DNA of 64,000 bases, taken from contig JAQGDQ010000320.1 in assembly GCA_030141605.1 (NCBI GenBank), positions 124,001-188,000 on the forward strand. The letters are read 5' to 3'. Origin of the DNA: Tubiluchus corallicola. Taxonomy: Eukaryota; Animalia; Priapulida. The position numbers were made by a program, and so were the translations under genes. Each line of letters starts with the position of its first letter. Positions within the stretch are counted from its first letter, which is position 1. Below are positions 27,065 through 40,100 of this stretch, piece after piece. A model generated the notes under the pieces. The model did no database searches, was not told where the DNA came from, and worked only from the letters and a program-made list of their open reading frames with translations.

Positions 27065-30000
27065 ACTGCTACTGCTACTACTACTACTACTACTGCTACT
27101 GCTGCTGCTGCTGCTAAAACTACTACTACTACTACTACTACTGCTACTGCTGCTGCTGCTGCTGCTGCTAAAACTACTACTACTACTACTACTGCTACTG
27201 CTACTGCTGCTGCCGCTGCCGCTGCTACTGCTGCTGCTACTGCTGCTACTGCTGGCTGCTCAAGGCTACTGCTGCTGCCAACAGCAGCAGCGCAAGGCCT
27301 GCTGCTGCTGCCAACAGCAACCGGCACGCTGGCAACGCTTGCAGGCTGCTGCAACGCGCAACGCTAGCTGCTGCTGCTGCTGCTGCTGCTGCTTAACGCA
27401 ACTGCTGCAAGGCTGCTGCTGCTGCTGCAGCAGCGCAAGGCTACTGCTACTCGCAGCGCTGCAACAAGCTGCTACTCAAGCTGCTGCTGCTGCTACTGCT
27501 GCTACTGCTGCTACTGCTGCTGCTGCGCAACGCGCACAAGGCTACTGCTGCTGCCTGCTGCAGCAGCAGCAACACTACTACTACTACTACTGCTACTGCT
27601 GCTGCTAAAACTACTACTACTGCTACTGCTGCTACTAAAACTACTACTACTACTGCTACTGCTGCTGCTAAAACTACTACTACTACTACTACTACTACTG
27701 CTACTGCTGCTGCTAAAACTACTACTACTACTGCTACTGCTGCTGCTAAAACTACTACTACTACTGCTACTGCTGCTGCTAAACCTACTACTATTACTGC
27801 TACCACTACTAGTACTATATTAAAGTAAAACAGTGACTTATAGCTTTGAATTTTCACTAAGATCTTGAACCAAGGTTCATCATTGTAGCTGTTCTATTTT
27901 ATTATTTAGACAAACTTTCAATTTTTTTTTTCCCATTATTTTTTACTTTATTCTACCACTTATCTTGTCCTAAAATCATTTTTCTATTTTATGACACGTT
28001 TGTTTTATTAGTTGTACGTTATGGACAAATGCTTCACATTCTGAAATTAAACGGTACTTAACTGAATCAGCGCCGGCACTTCTGCCTATATGGGTTGAGG
28101 AAACCACTTTGGAGACGCGGCTTTGTAGATGTCGCGGCTTGCATGTTTTTTCCATTGTGGTTATCGTGTTTTTTACATTTCCTGATTCGCTTTGCAATTG
28201 TAAATTCATTATGTTTATTGTTTAATCGTGTCACTTTGTTTTTCTGGCTTTTAGAGTCGAAGCAATGAGACGGATTCAAGGATTGCTACGGGAAAATAAA
28301 TCAGGTGATGCAGTGCTTCTCTTCAGATCTGCCAGGTATGAATTTTTTTTTCTAAGAGGTTTTTTCGAGACACTCTTTCCCGGTTTTCCAACGAGTGATT
28401 TCCTGGCACTCTTAATCAGCCATTTGTTTAGCTGTGCTTCAAGGAGGGTGGTGCCCAGTTCATTTGTGAACTGTACACATGTTATCAACTACTGTTTTTT
28501 TACATTGAACCCCACATCTAGTAAAGTCAGATCACTGGTTACTTAAAGCAAAACTAGACCCTATAAGCTGTAGGTCAGAACAATCTACTCTTTAAAATAC
28601 TGAAAGGAAACGTACTATTTTTTCAAAAATCAGTTACTCGAAGGAATTATTACCACACAAACACAATTTCGCATTCGCGTCGCTAGTTCTTTTGTCATTT
28701 CGCCATTCTCTTGTTTGACGGACACTAGCATCTCGAAAACGCATTGCATAAAAAACGGGTGCTGTACCTCCCAGTTCAAACGTGTTAGTACACGTTCGAC
28801 AGCTCAAGCGGTAGCACAGTTTTAAATTTGAAATTTGAACTTTGATCTTAAATCTTGCTCAGTTTTAATACAACACACTGAATATCTTACAGTAGCTCTG
28901 TACTTGTAGTTTTGTAGCAAACACGTGCAACACGCTCATGCAATATTTTTGCTGATGAACATTATGTTCGTTTGTGATGTCATGAATAATTGGACCCGCC
29001 CGCTGTTAATTAAGATTTTAATGTATTTTAGATTAAGATTTTAATAATCACAAAATGCTTTCGCAGTATTTTTGCTGTTAAAATATCTACTTTCTATCGG
29101 CCTTGAAAATGGGCTAGTATATGAAAAATCATCCTGTCTTCCTATAAGATGTTATCCCTGGACTTTATTTTAAAGGAAATCATTATTATTATTTCCATCG
29201 CTTGTGTTCAACGGTTATTTAACAGCAAAATAAAATCGGAGATTCCATCCCAAAATTCAGTTATTATAATGCTCTTTGTCGTCAGTCTTTGGAAGCATTT
29301 TCCACGTGTTCCATTTTCAAACTAACATCATGAGACATCAATTTGACGATCTCTTTAAGTTCGCCGTATACTTGCACACCACGTAAGAATCGCATGTGCT
29401 GAAATGTTAAGAAATACAATTTCTTTCATAAAATTTAAACGTTTCTTTCCTTTGGCACTTTCTTACACCTAGCGGCAAATGTTATGTGCCACCCTGTACG
29501 CAGTATGCTTATATGTGAAGCGGGTAATTGAAACTTTATTATATCCAAAAAGAAATTTTGTGCCAGCAATAAAATCAATAATACCTAATAACATCACAGA
29601 TGCTCGTACATTCACATAATTGATTGGTCACTTGGTAAGTAATTGTAGCCATTTTGTTTGCAATTGTATGTAATATATCTGAGTGTGTAATTATATTGTT
29701 GTTTTTGTCTAATAATAAATAAACAATAAACAGAAACTTATTTGAAGCTATCGGGCATTAGTGTCGCACAGGGATGGGAATTCTCCTCGGATACGCGGAA
29801 CTCCGAGTTTTTGGAAGACCAGTAGTGCCATTGTTGTAAGTCACGTAAATTCGTTGAGAAAAATTTTCAAGGGGTTGAACCTCGTTTTCGTCGAATCGTA
29901 ACCGAAACTTTCAGTAGCATTTTTTCGAGGTATTAATCCAGTTTACCTTTTATCTCCTAGATGTTAAAAATCGCTGAAAAATTTTGGCTAAAATAGTTCA

Positions 30001-33000
30001 AATAAAGCGTAAATATCGTTTTGTTGATAATCTGTACGATTTGTACCATGCCTTTTATGGCAATGCGGCATATCTTCATTGCTGACAAACGTGAAGCTTT
30101 GAGGCCTCCAGACACAAACAACCGAAATACCAAAACGCAATTTGAATAAAACCAAGTTTAATTTTATAATTTATGAAATATAGACAACAAAATAAAGTAT
30201 GTTAATTTCTTGAAGTTTCACAATCATATGTATCATGTTTCCTTGATAGTTGGGTATTTTAAATTATGCATGAAACAAGGTCATTCATATTTTAAGTCCA
30301 CTTAGAGGCTGTCTATGGTCACAAAATTGCAATTTGTTGCTGGCTCAGCAACAAACCCCCCAACCCCCCGGCCTGTTTCAGAGTTTTTTACAATTTGTCA
30401 TTCTCATCCCTGGTGTCACATGAATGTTGCACGTCGTATGTACGAGCCGTTTTTGCTTCTTAATATAGAGAGATTTGGCCAGAAAATGACGTGTTTGGTG
30501 CTGCGGACATTCTTGCGGAAGCCGAGTTCATGGCATTGAGGGAAGTGTTTTATGCTGATTTACCTGGTGAGTAAATGAAAAAAATTGTTTTAATGACCGT
30601 AGTTTACAAGATAGGTTAGTTCTAAGTGAACGCGAAAGAAATAAGGGCAAAATATCTCGTCAATAGCCTAATGGCCTAAAATGGATGTAAAGTGGAAAAA
30701 AGGTATCAGTTTACTTTCTGAAATACAAGAAAAAAGGTATTTTTTGAGATTTGACCTACATTGTGCAAAAAAACTTAAGTTTGCATTTCATTGGAACTCA
30801 TTTCATTTCAAAAGAAGTTTGAAAAATAAATTTTTTTGTCCGTTTTAATGTATTTATTACATGCTATATAAATAGCTTAAACTGGTTTTTAATAAATACA
30901 TCTATTCAAAACCATTAATTTATAGAGGGTATATAATATATACAATAACAACAACACATTTTGTAGTGAACAAAACAAGTATTTCGTAGTAAAGTTACAG
31001 CAAATTGGCTTCCTAAATAGTAGCGTGTAATTTCATAAGTGTTTTAAAACTTTGAAGGTATTAGGCAAGTGCGTACACTACATAAGTTTTATTGCAACAG
31101 AAAATAAGTAAGTTATTCGAATAAATTTTTACTGTTCAGAAATAATACGTGATAACAAAACATGACAAGGGAGCCTATCTTTGAAACTGAAAAAGACTTT
31201 CCCTTTATCTGTAAAATTTTGTTTTGCGCTATATACACGTTTAATCCTGCTTTTCTATTTTATACTTTTTTGTAAATACTTTTTTAATATTTTTTAATAA
31301 AGATTTCCTATTAAATAATAAATAAAAATAAAATAAACCACATTAATTATTGCCTTATAGAAATGTGTTACCTGTTCTTTATTTATGAATTTCTCTGTTG
31401 TTGAGAGGGCTTCATTTATGAATTTCTCTGTTGTTGAGATGGCTTCGTTTATGAATTTCTCTGTTGTTGAAATGACTTCATTTGTTGAGATGGCTTCGTT
31501 TATGAATTTCTCTCTTGTTGAGATGGCTTCGTTTATGAATTTCTCTGTTGTTGAGATGGCTTCGTTAATGAATTTCTCTCTTGTTGAGATGGCTTCGTTT
31601 ATGAATTTCTCTGTTGTTGAGATGGCTTCGTTAATGAATTTCTCTGTTGTTGAGATGGCTTCGTTTATGAATTTCTCTGTTGTTGAAATGGCTTCGTTTA
31701 TGAATTTCTCTGTTGTTGAGATGGCTTCGTTTATGAATTTCTCTGTTGTTGAGATGGCTTCGTTTATGAATTTCTCTGTTGTTGAGATGGCTTCGTTTCA
31801 TCACAGGTTGTGTTAAGACTCCTGCCAAATTACTGTTTATTCGTCAACTGACATACAGGTTCGTTTTATAAGTAAAGAATAAATGAATGTTTGTGACTGA
31901 GTTTTTCAGCTTTCTGCTTGTGTGTGTGAGTGTGTGACTAATCTCTTCCCTGTGAATTATATGAGGCTTTAGATCTTCAAAGGCTGTGAAAGTCATGTAT
32001 GTGGTTGTAGTTGAACACTTGATAGAAAAAGAATGAACACTATATTACATATCTGCACAAAAACTGAAAACGTTTATTACACTAAATACACATGAGTAAA
32101 ATGAGGATCACGACTGCTGCACTGAGAGTGTGAGTTAGACAGTGTGTAGCACGACTGCACTGCACTGAGAACGTGACAGAGAGTGACTAGAAAGTGAAAT
32201 CCACTCAGTATATATAAGTATAGGTAATTATGCAAACTTGGCTTCACAAAAACCATTACTGTAAAATAGGGAGAGAACCAGTGAGTATGCATTCACTGGA
32301 CCGTACAATTATACTAAGGGTGAGTTTAACTAGTAAAATGTAAAGTGATTAGTCAATAGATGGCAGCACCTAAAAATATACAGTTGTAACTTTCACAAAG
32401 GCAAATCACTGTTGGTCTTCAGCTCAATGTCATTCTACACAGTGTGTATTGTGTTTAAAAACTAATTATAATTTTTCCGAAGTCTCAAACATTTTTTTCA
32501 CGTAGCTTTCTGCATTTTGAAATGAGTTACTCATCTCTTTTAGTGCTTATAGTAATAGTTGCTTTGTGTCAGACAGATCAACGAAGTACTCTGTACCTTC
32601 CTCGCCTCTCATCGTGTCACTTTGGTACACCCATTCATCAGCTTCCGTGTCCGTGTCTGACAGCAATCTCATCAGCGTCGGCTGTTTTTCGGAAGTGCGA
32701 GAAAAGCTGGTTTCCTGGTTCGATTCCACTGTAGAAATGTTAATCGATCGTCTCGTGTTGATACCGGCTTCGCTGTCTGCGGAAGTTTTGCGAACGCGCT
32801 CGTGCTGCATCTTTCTCTGCTTCCGCATCCTGAAGTAGATGCCTACGAGAACGGAAATGACAATGAGAGTTAGAACTGTGGTGATGATTATGAACGTGGC
32901 GCCGTGGTTGTGCAGCCAGGTATTTTGTGGGGCTCCTTCATTACGCGATTTATTCGGTTCAGCCTTGACCATCTTAGATACCCGTGTTGCCGTTGCTGTG

Positions 33001-34112
33001 ATAGCCGTAGATGCTGATGTCGATTTTTGGGTGACGTCAGTTGCTTGTGTGCTTTCTTTACTTTTGACAGTAGTTTGGTAATTGTCAGTATTTCTTTGCT
33101 CGTTTTCTGTGCTCCTTTCATGATTCACCTTGTGCGTTTGTGTTGCTTCAAGTGTAAATTCATGACTTATTGCTCTGCTAGTGCTGGGATGATTGTCAGT
33201 CACATTTGGCTTTGTCGTCATGGTCTCAGTTTGCGATGTTTTTGGGGAAAGTTCTGTAGAATAAGTTGTCACATTTGCTCCAGATGTGTGATAATCTTTT
33301 CCACGTTCACTTGTTTGTTGTTGCTTTGTAGATTTTTCGTCGGTGAACTTCGCCAGCGTGGTTTGTTCAGTTGTTGCATCGGTTTGCTCTAGCGCCATTA
33401 TTTCATCGAGTGTGACTTCCATTAGTTTTGTGCCTTCAAGTTCCGTGGGCGTTGTGCATTTGACGTCGGCCCGTTTCAGAAAGTTTACCACTTCGCTTGT
33501 CTGCAGCCAATCTATCATCCATGCCAACGAAGTGTTGCAGTGCCACGGGTTGTCCCTCAGCTGTATTTGTAACAAATGTGGGAAGATGGCTCTGAACAGT
33601 TCCGGCAAGGACGTTAGCCCGTTGCTGTCCAAGTTCAGATTGACGATCGTTCTTAACGCTGCGTACTGTGTGGCGTCCGTAAGAAGCACCGCGGTTAGCG
33701 CGGGACTCCGCGATAGATCCAGTTCCTCGATGCTTACGGATCCCTTCAGCATTTCCGGCGGCACCTGGAGTTTAAGACTCGGAACGTGGGTTGCTTTGAG
33801 CACTTGGAGCTTGGCGAGTTCGCTGAATGAGCCTTTTTCGATAACCTGTCAACAGAGTAGCATTCTATCAAAATGTGCTTAGCCATTTTTTTAAACAATC
33901 AGGCAGGGTTATTTTGCAGGTTAATAAGATTCTCCACAAGAGAGTTGACATTATGAAATTTCTAAATGCAGGCGTAAGTAGTAAATTTAGGGTTTAAAAG
34001 AGTTTGGACAGGCCCTATTTCAAGGGGGGAAGTGGGGATACTTCCCCGGGGCCTCACCCTCCAGGGGGGCCTCGTACCGAGGTAACTTCTTTCCTTTATG
34101 CTAACATACTGC

Positions 34113-34168
<56 letters not shown>

Positions 34169-37100
34169 CTTCTCTCTCTTGTCGAACGCGTGCCGTTTGC
34201 CAGGATTGACAAGTATTAAGGACTGGTCTTGAGAATAAAGCAGTTTTTCTTTCAATTGCTCTTTCCTTTAACAACTGTATAACTCCATATTTTCTCTTCG
34301 AAAATGCTTCTCCGGCGTTCTAGCAGTTCAAAAATTTTCTGGGCGCCAACCCCGAGGGGGCCTCACACGCCCCACTTCCCCGGGCCTCGCTTACGCTGAA
34401 ATAGGCCCTGAGTTTGGAGTCAACAGTTTTAGAATGCTTACAAGAAATAACGCTTTCATTGGTCTAGCAGACTCACTGTTGAAAATCTATTAGTCAGAGG
34501 TTGTATGTAAGTTGTATCTATATTGTAATGGTAAGTATGTTTAAATTTGGTACCAGGAATGTCTAATCAGCTTAATAATTGCATCTTACTTTTGTATTTG
34601 TACATATACCTGCAGAGGATTATGTGAAATGTCAAGAGTTTCTAGAGCCTTCAGGTGACTGAATGCTTGCGACGATAACGTCGTCAGATTGTTGCTGTTC
34701 AAGCTCAGGCTGCTCAAGTGGGATAATCCGTCGAAACTGTCTGGCAAAATTACCGATATGCGATTCATATCTAGGTGGAGAACCTGGAATAGTCCAGAAA
34801 GGCAGATGATTTAATTCCAGAAATTTGATATTTATGAATACACTCGTATGTAATTACAGTTAATTACGTTAATACGTTTGTGATACAGTACAGTCGACCC
34901 TCGTTAAACCGGACCCTGTTAGCCCGGATATCGGATAAGATGGACGTCATCCGTGGTCAGGAAACTGACCGATTTCCGTCCGAGTCGGAGCGCTAAACAC
35001 AACACGGCCTACCAACTGTACAATAATTTCTTTATCCTCACAGGTTAACTATTTTAAAGTAATATACAGTATAGTATGTAGTGCAATGTATATATGCCTT
35101 ATTAAGGTGATTATTCCTGTATAATATAGACCACATATAGGCATATCGGATAAATCGGACAATCGGGTAAACCGGACCCACCACCCCCCCAATTAGTCCG
35201 TTATAACGAGGGTTGACAACATACCACATAATTTTCACACATTGATTATACATTTTCAGCGGTTAAAATCTAAACACGAGGAAGACTCAGATTTTTAGAG
35301 GAAGTATATAATTGTTATTTTGTATTTAACATTATGCGTGACAAGAATGTATTATAATGACTAGATTTGGGGCAACTTGATCCTTGGTTCAATCAGTCAA
35401 ACCTGATGAATGAGATGCGTAAATGAATGCTCATTTGAAAAACACGAGAGGCGAGTTTGTCAAATAAAGTAATAACTCCATTGTTGAAAAGGAGCCAATT
35501 TTGAAAAATGTGCGTAATGGTAGCAGTTGCTCCCCTTGTTCCCCTGGTAGCTACGCCCGTTGTCGTAAGGCAATAAGTCGTTTCACAGTTTCTTTGTGTG
35601 CACGCGCAGCTGCTGCAGGTCGAAGGTTAAGTGTCCATAGCAATGTGTCTTAACTACAGCCGTCACGTAACATGTGGGTACAGCAAAGCCGTCTGCCTCA
35701 TCAGTTCAGTAACATCCGTTGTTTTGCGTAGACTTTACTTAATTATGCATTATTCTGTGCGTAGTAGAATAATCTTTTTTAGGAACAAGAAAAAGTGAAC
35801 TGGGTAAGGTTCTAGCTAGCTCTAGCTATTACAGCAGCAGCATGGGCGGCAGTACACAAATGTGTTGTCGGGTACGCTTAACCCTTTACCTTTTCACAAT
35901 CATCGGCAATCGCTGGAACCGTGAAAAGGCTCATTTGTATTCGTGAAGTAACGAAAGCTTTCATACCTTTAAGTTAGTGCAGTTACGAAACGTCCCTTCT
36001 CTCAGTTGATTGATCTGGTTTCGCTGTATCATCAGTGAATCCAGCATCCTTGGCAACCCGGCTGGGATTTCGGTCAGTTTGTTGTCGTTGAGCCAAATCC
36101 TATAAACACGTTTGTTTGTATGTGTAAATTTTTGCCTTTTTCTAATACTTACAAAATTGCTAGTTATAGGGATGAGAATTTTCCGCGAATACCCGGAATT
36201 CCGAGTTTTTTGAATACCGGTAGTGCCATTTTTGTAAATCGCGTAAATTCGCTGAGAAAATTTTTACGGACCCAGTACATTATTTCACAAGCTGACTGCT
36301 AGTTGGCGGGCCGTCACTTTGTTTACATCACGTATATCAGTGTAAGCACGTGTATATCTCTATGTGTAAAAATATAGAATCAAATGTGCAGAGTTATTTG
36401 AGTCAATTGCAGACAGTTTTATATACTTTTGCATAGGAGCGGCCAGTACTTAGGCGTTTTTGATACAATTACTTATCGTGTATCCTTGATAGTTGGGTAT
36501 TTTAAATCAACATTTAAATTTTTGGTGCTTTCGACTTTGAAGCATCGTAACGTAGTTTTAACTATGCCGACTTATGGACGATTTTGGTTTGCAAGCCACA
36601 CATTTAGTGAGACAGAAGATGAGCTTCATAATTGGATTGAACACCTCCATACAGCAATTAAAATGGTGAATTGGTACTATTGTAGTTTTGTAAAAAAATG
36701 TTTTCTATGAACTGATTAAACCTGTATACAAATCATACAACTTTAACAACGGTTCTTACTAAAACACAGTGCAAAGATAGTTATGCGTGCGACACGAGGC
36801 TAGTTATTAAGGCCAGTGTGAACCTGACTTAATAAATCTTAATTTTGTAGCGAAGGTGGCTCCATCTAGCTAGAAAGTTTAAAGTGTGGGCACTGACCTA
36901 GTTACGTTGGTCATTATGCTGTTCTGTTGAATAAGTGAACATGTGTCTTATACAAGCTAGCGAAATTTTTCATTTAGATAAATGCTGCAACGATAAATAA
37001 ATGCTAGTGTCTCTGAGAAGCATTTATGACAACTGAGACTTTTGAAGTCATAAATGCCTCTCAGAGACACTAACATTAGTTATTATAAAGATATTCAGAT

Positions 37101-40100
37101 GTATATTCAACTTTTGCGTGGTAGACTTGTTTATATTAGAAAACTAGGCTTGTAAATAATATCGGTGGAATAACATTTTCTCAATGCCAGTTACTTTCCC
37201 TTTGTTTTTCTATAACTCAGCTTGAGCAGTAACTGCTAAACATGCCAGCATAAACTAACTCAGCTTCAGCAGTAACTGCTAAACATGCCAGCATAAACTA
37301 ACTCAGCTTGAGCAGTAACTGCTAAACATGCCAGCATAAACTAACTCAGCTTCAGCAGTAACTGCTAAACATGCCAGCATAAACTAACTCAGCTTGAGCA
37401 GTAACTGCTAAACATGCCAGCATAAACTAACTCAGCTTGAGCAGTAACTGCTAAACATGCCAGCATAAACTAACTCAGTTTGAGCAGTAACTGCTAAACA
37501 TGCCAGCATAAACTAACCCAACTTCAGCAGTAACTGCTAAACATGCCAGCATAAACTAACTCAGCTTGAGCAGTAACTGCTAAACATGCCAGCATAAACG
37601 AACTCAGCTTGAGCAGTAACTGCTAAACATGCCAGCATAAACTAACTCAGCTTGAGCAGTAACTGCTAAACATGCCAGCATAAACTAACTCAGCTTGAGC
37701 AGTAACTGCTAAACATGCCAGCATAAACTAACTCAGCTTGAGCAGTAACTGCTAAACGTGCCAGCTTAAATGTAATACCTGTGCAGGTAGACATTGTCCG
37801 CAAAGGCAAAATCTTCTATTTCAGTTATCAAGTTGTTGCTGAGGGTTAGCATGCCAAGGTAGCTATACCCAACCATGTCGGATTTTGCTATGCGGCTGAT
37901 CTTATTCCTTTCCAGTCGCAAGTCTCTAACGTAGGGGGACACTTGCGGAAGCGTTGTGAGTCCGCATCCGGAGACGTCCGCGTATTGTAGAGAATGTCCT
38001 TGAAAGTCGATGTTCAGTTGTTCTATGTCGTTGTTCTTTAGGACAAGATGGATGAGGTTGCGAAATCCCCGGAATGCCAGCGAAGAAATGTGACCGATGC
38101 TGTTGCTGCCGAGGTCTAGTAGCCGTAGCTTTTTCAAGCCGTATTTCCCAAACGTAGAATGAGTAATTTCCTGGAAAATTAGAGATATTGTGGTTACAGA
38201 AAACCTTACTGAGCACTCTCTTCAAACACAGGCAAATATAAACCTCGTTTGTATACAAGACTGAATGAGTACAGATCTAAACACATTTACCAGTGACTAT
38301 GCCTGATCCAGTGCACCTCACTCGTGTATAACTGAGCTATTTGCTCTTTCAGAGTTTGGCTCCTACCCTTAAACAATTCTGGCCTTAAACTCGACTATAT
38401 CTCGGCCAGAACATTGCTGTAACTTAAGTTGACCCTATATCCATCGCAGTGGCCTAGTGTAATTTCAGTAAAATCTGTGCAGTCGTTTCGTGGTCTGTAA
38501 CGATCAAACAGACAAGTAGGCTTGCTTAACAGCATGAATCCTTGATAACGAGATAGATTATAGAACTTCACAAATATTTACATGAAGTAGTCGCTGCCTT
38601 CGAGTGAAACTATTTGAGAAAATGAAAAACAGTTCTGTTTGAGAATGACAGAGGCGAAAATGTTTTTATAACCAAGTGTATGGATCTTTTTATCCAACTG
38701 CAATAATCTTCAAATAATATGTACGCAATTAGTATAGAAAATGATAATCATTTTTAGTTTCGTCGCCTGATGACTGACATTCTCTCTTGATTTTACCTTG
38801 ATCTGGTTGTTCTTGAGGATCAAATTTCTCAGCTGTAACGTTGACGTAAAAACGCCGCCGATGTCGTCTATGTAATTAGCAGCTAAGTTTAGGTAGCCGA
38901 TACTGTCCAGTCCGCGTAGCATGCGTAAGGACACGTTGTGCAGTCGATTGAAACTCATGTCCAGCACTCGGAGCCCGCTCAGCCCCTGGAATGCGTCGTC
39001 TTCGATTGTTTCTATATTATTCTGAAAAAAATCTTGAGTGTTAGCTTTAGATAGTGTCCTTAGTTTTTGGTGAGTGGGCAGCTTTTCTCTCACATTCAGA
39101 TGAGCCTAGTGAAGCCTAGATGAGCCTAGTGAAGCCTAGATGAGCCTAGTGAAGCCTAGTGAAGCATAGATGAGCCTAGTGAAGCCTAGATGAGCCTAGT
39201 GAAGCCTAGTGAAGCATAGATGAGCCTAGTGAAGCCTAGTGAAGCATAGATGAGCCTAGTGAAGCCTAGTGAACCTTGTGAAGCCTAGATGAGCCTAGTG
39301 AAGCCTAGATGAGCCTAGTGAAGCCTAGATGAACCTTGTGAAGCCTAGATGAGCCTAGTGAAGCCTAGATGAGCCTAGTGAAGCCTAGATGAGCCTAATG
39401 AAGCCTAGATGAGCCTAGTGAAGCCTAGATGAGCCTAGTGAAGCCTAGATGAGCCTAGTGAAGCCTAGATGAGCCTAGATGAACCTTGTGAAGCCTAGTG
39501 AAGCCTAGATGAGCCTAGTGAAGCCTAGATGAGCCTAGTGAAGCCTAGTGAAGCCTAGTGAAGCCTAGATGAGCCTAGTGAAGCCTAGATGAGCCTAGTG
39601 AAACCTAGGTGAGCCTAGTGAAGCCTAGATAAGCCACTGGGTGTTTAGCAATAGTTGTTACAACAGCGTTATGTAGTTGCTCATCCTGATAACAAAAGTA
39701 AAATGATTGCAAAAGCATGAAATTGACAGAGCAAACTTGGTCACTGATTGGCTCAAAGTTCTTCTCTTTACCCCAGTGAGTTTAATATTGATCTTATGTT
39801 GGAACTGGAGTATCGATCAATGAAGAATGGTGTTGTACTTGTGTCAGTTGTTCAGGCATTCGTTCAAGGACAACAGGATAATGTTTCACGTCATTGCCAC
39901 TTTGAGGTACGGTAAAAAGTGCCTGTAATAATGCCACATGATAATGAAATGGTCAGTTAAAAACTTAACTAACTTTGGCTGATGACATCACAATTGAACA
40001 TAATTTTCAACAGCACAAACATTCCAAAAGTGTGTTTCACGCGTTTTCGAAAGTAAAAATCGAAGTAGGGTGCTACTGTACAACACTCTGTGATATGCAA

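Noticed and set aside
32547-32840. Toll-like receptor
   Set aside because: The cytoplasmic tail is ~95 aa, low complexity, with no TIR boxes.
32522-33882. + strand ORFs of 70-179 aa
   Set aside because: Antisense shadows of the LRR terminal exon; no motifs.
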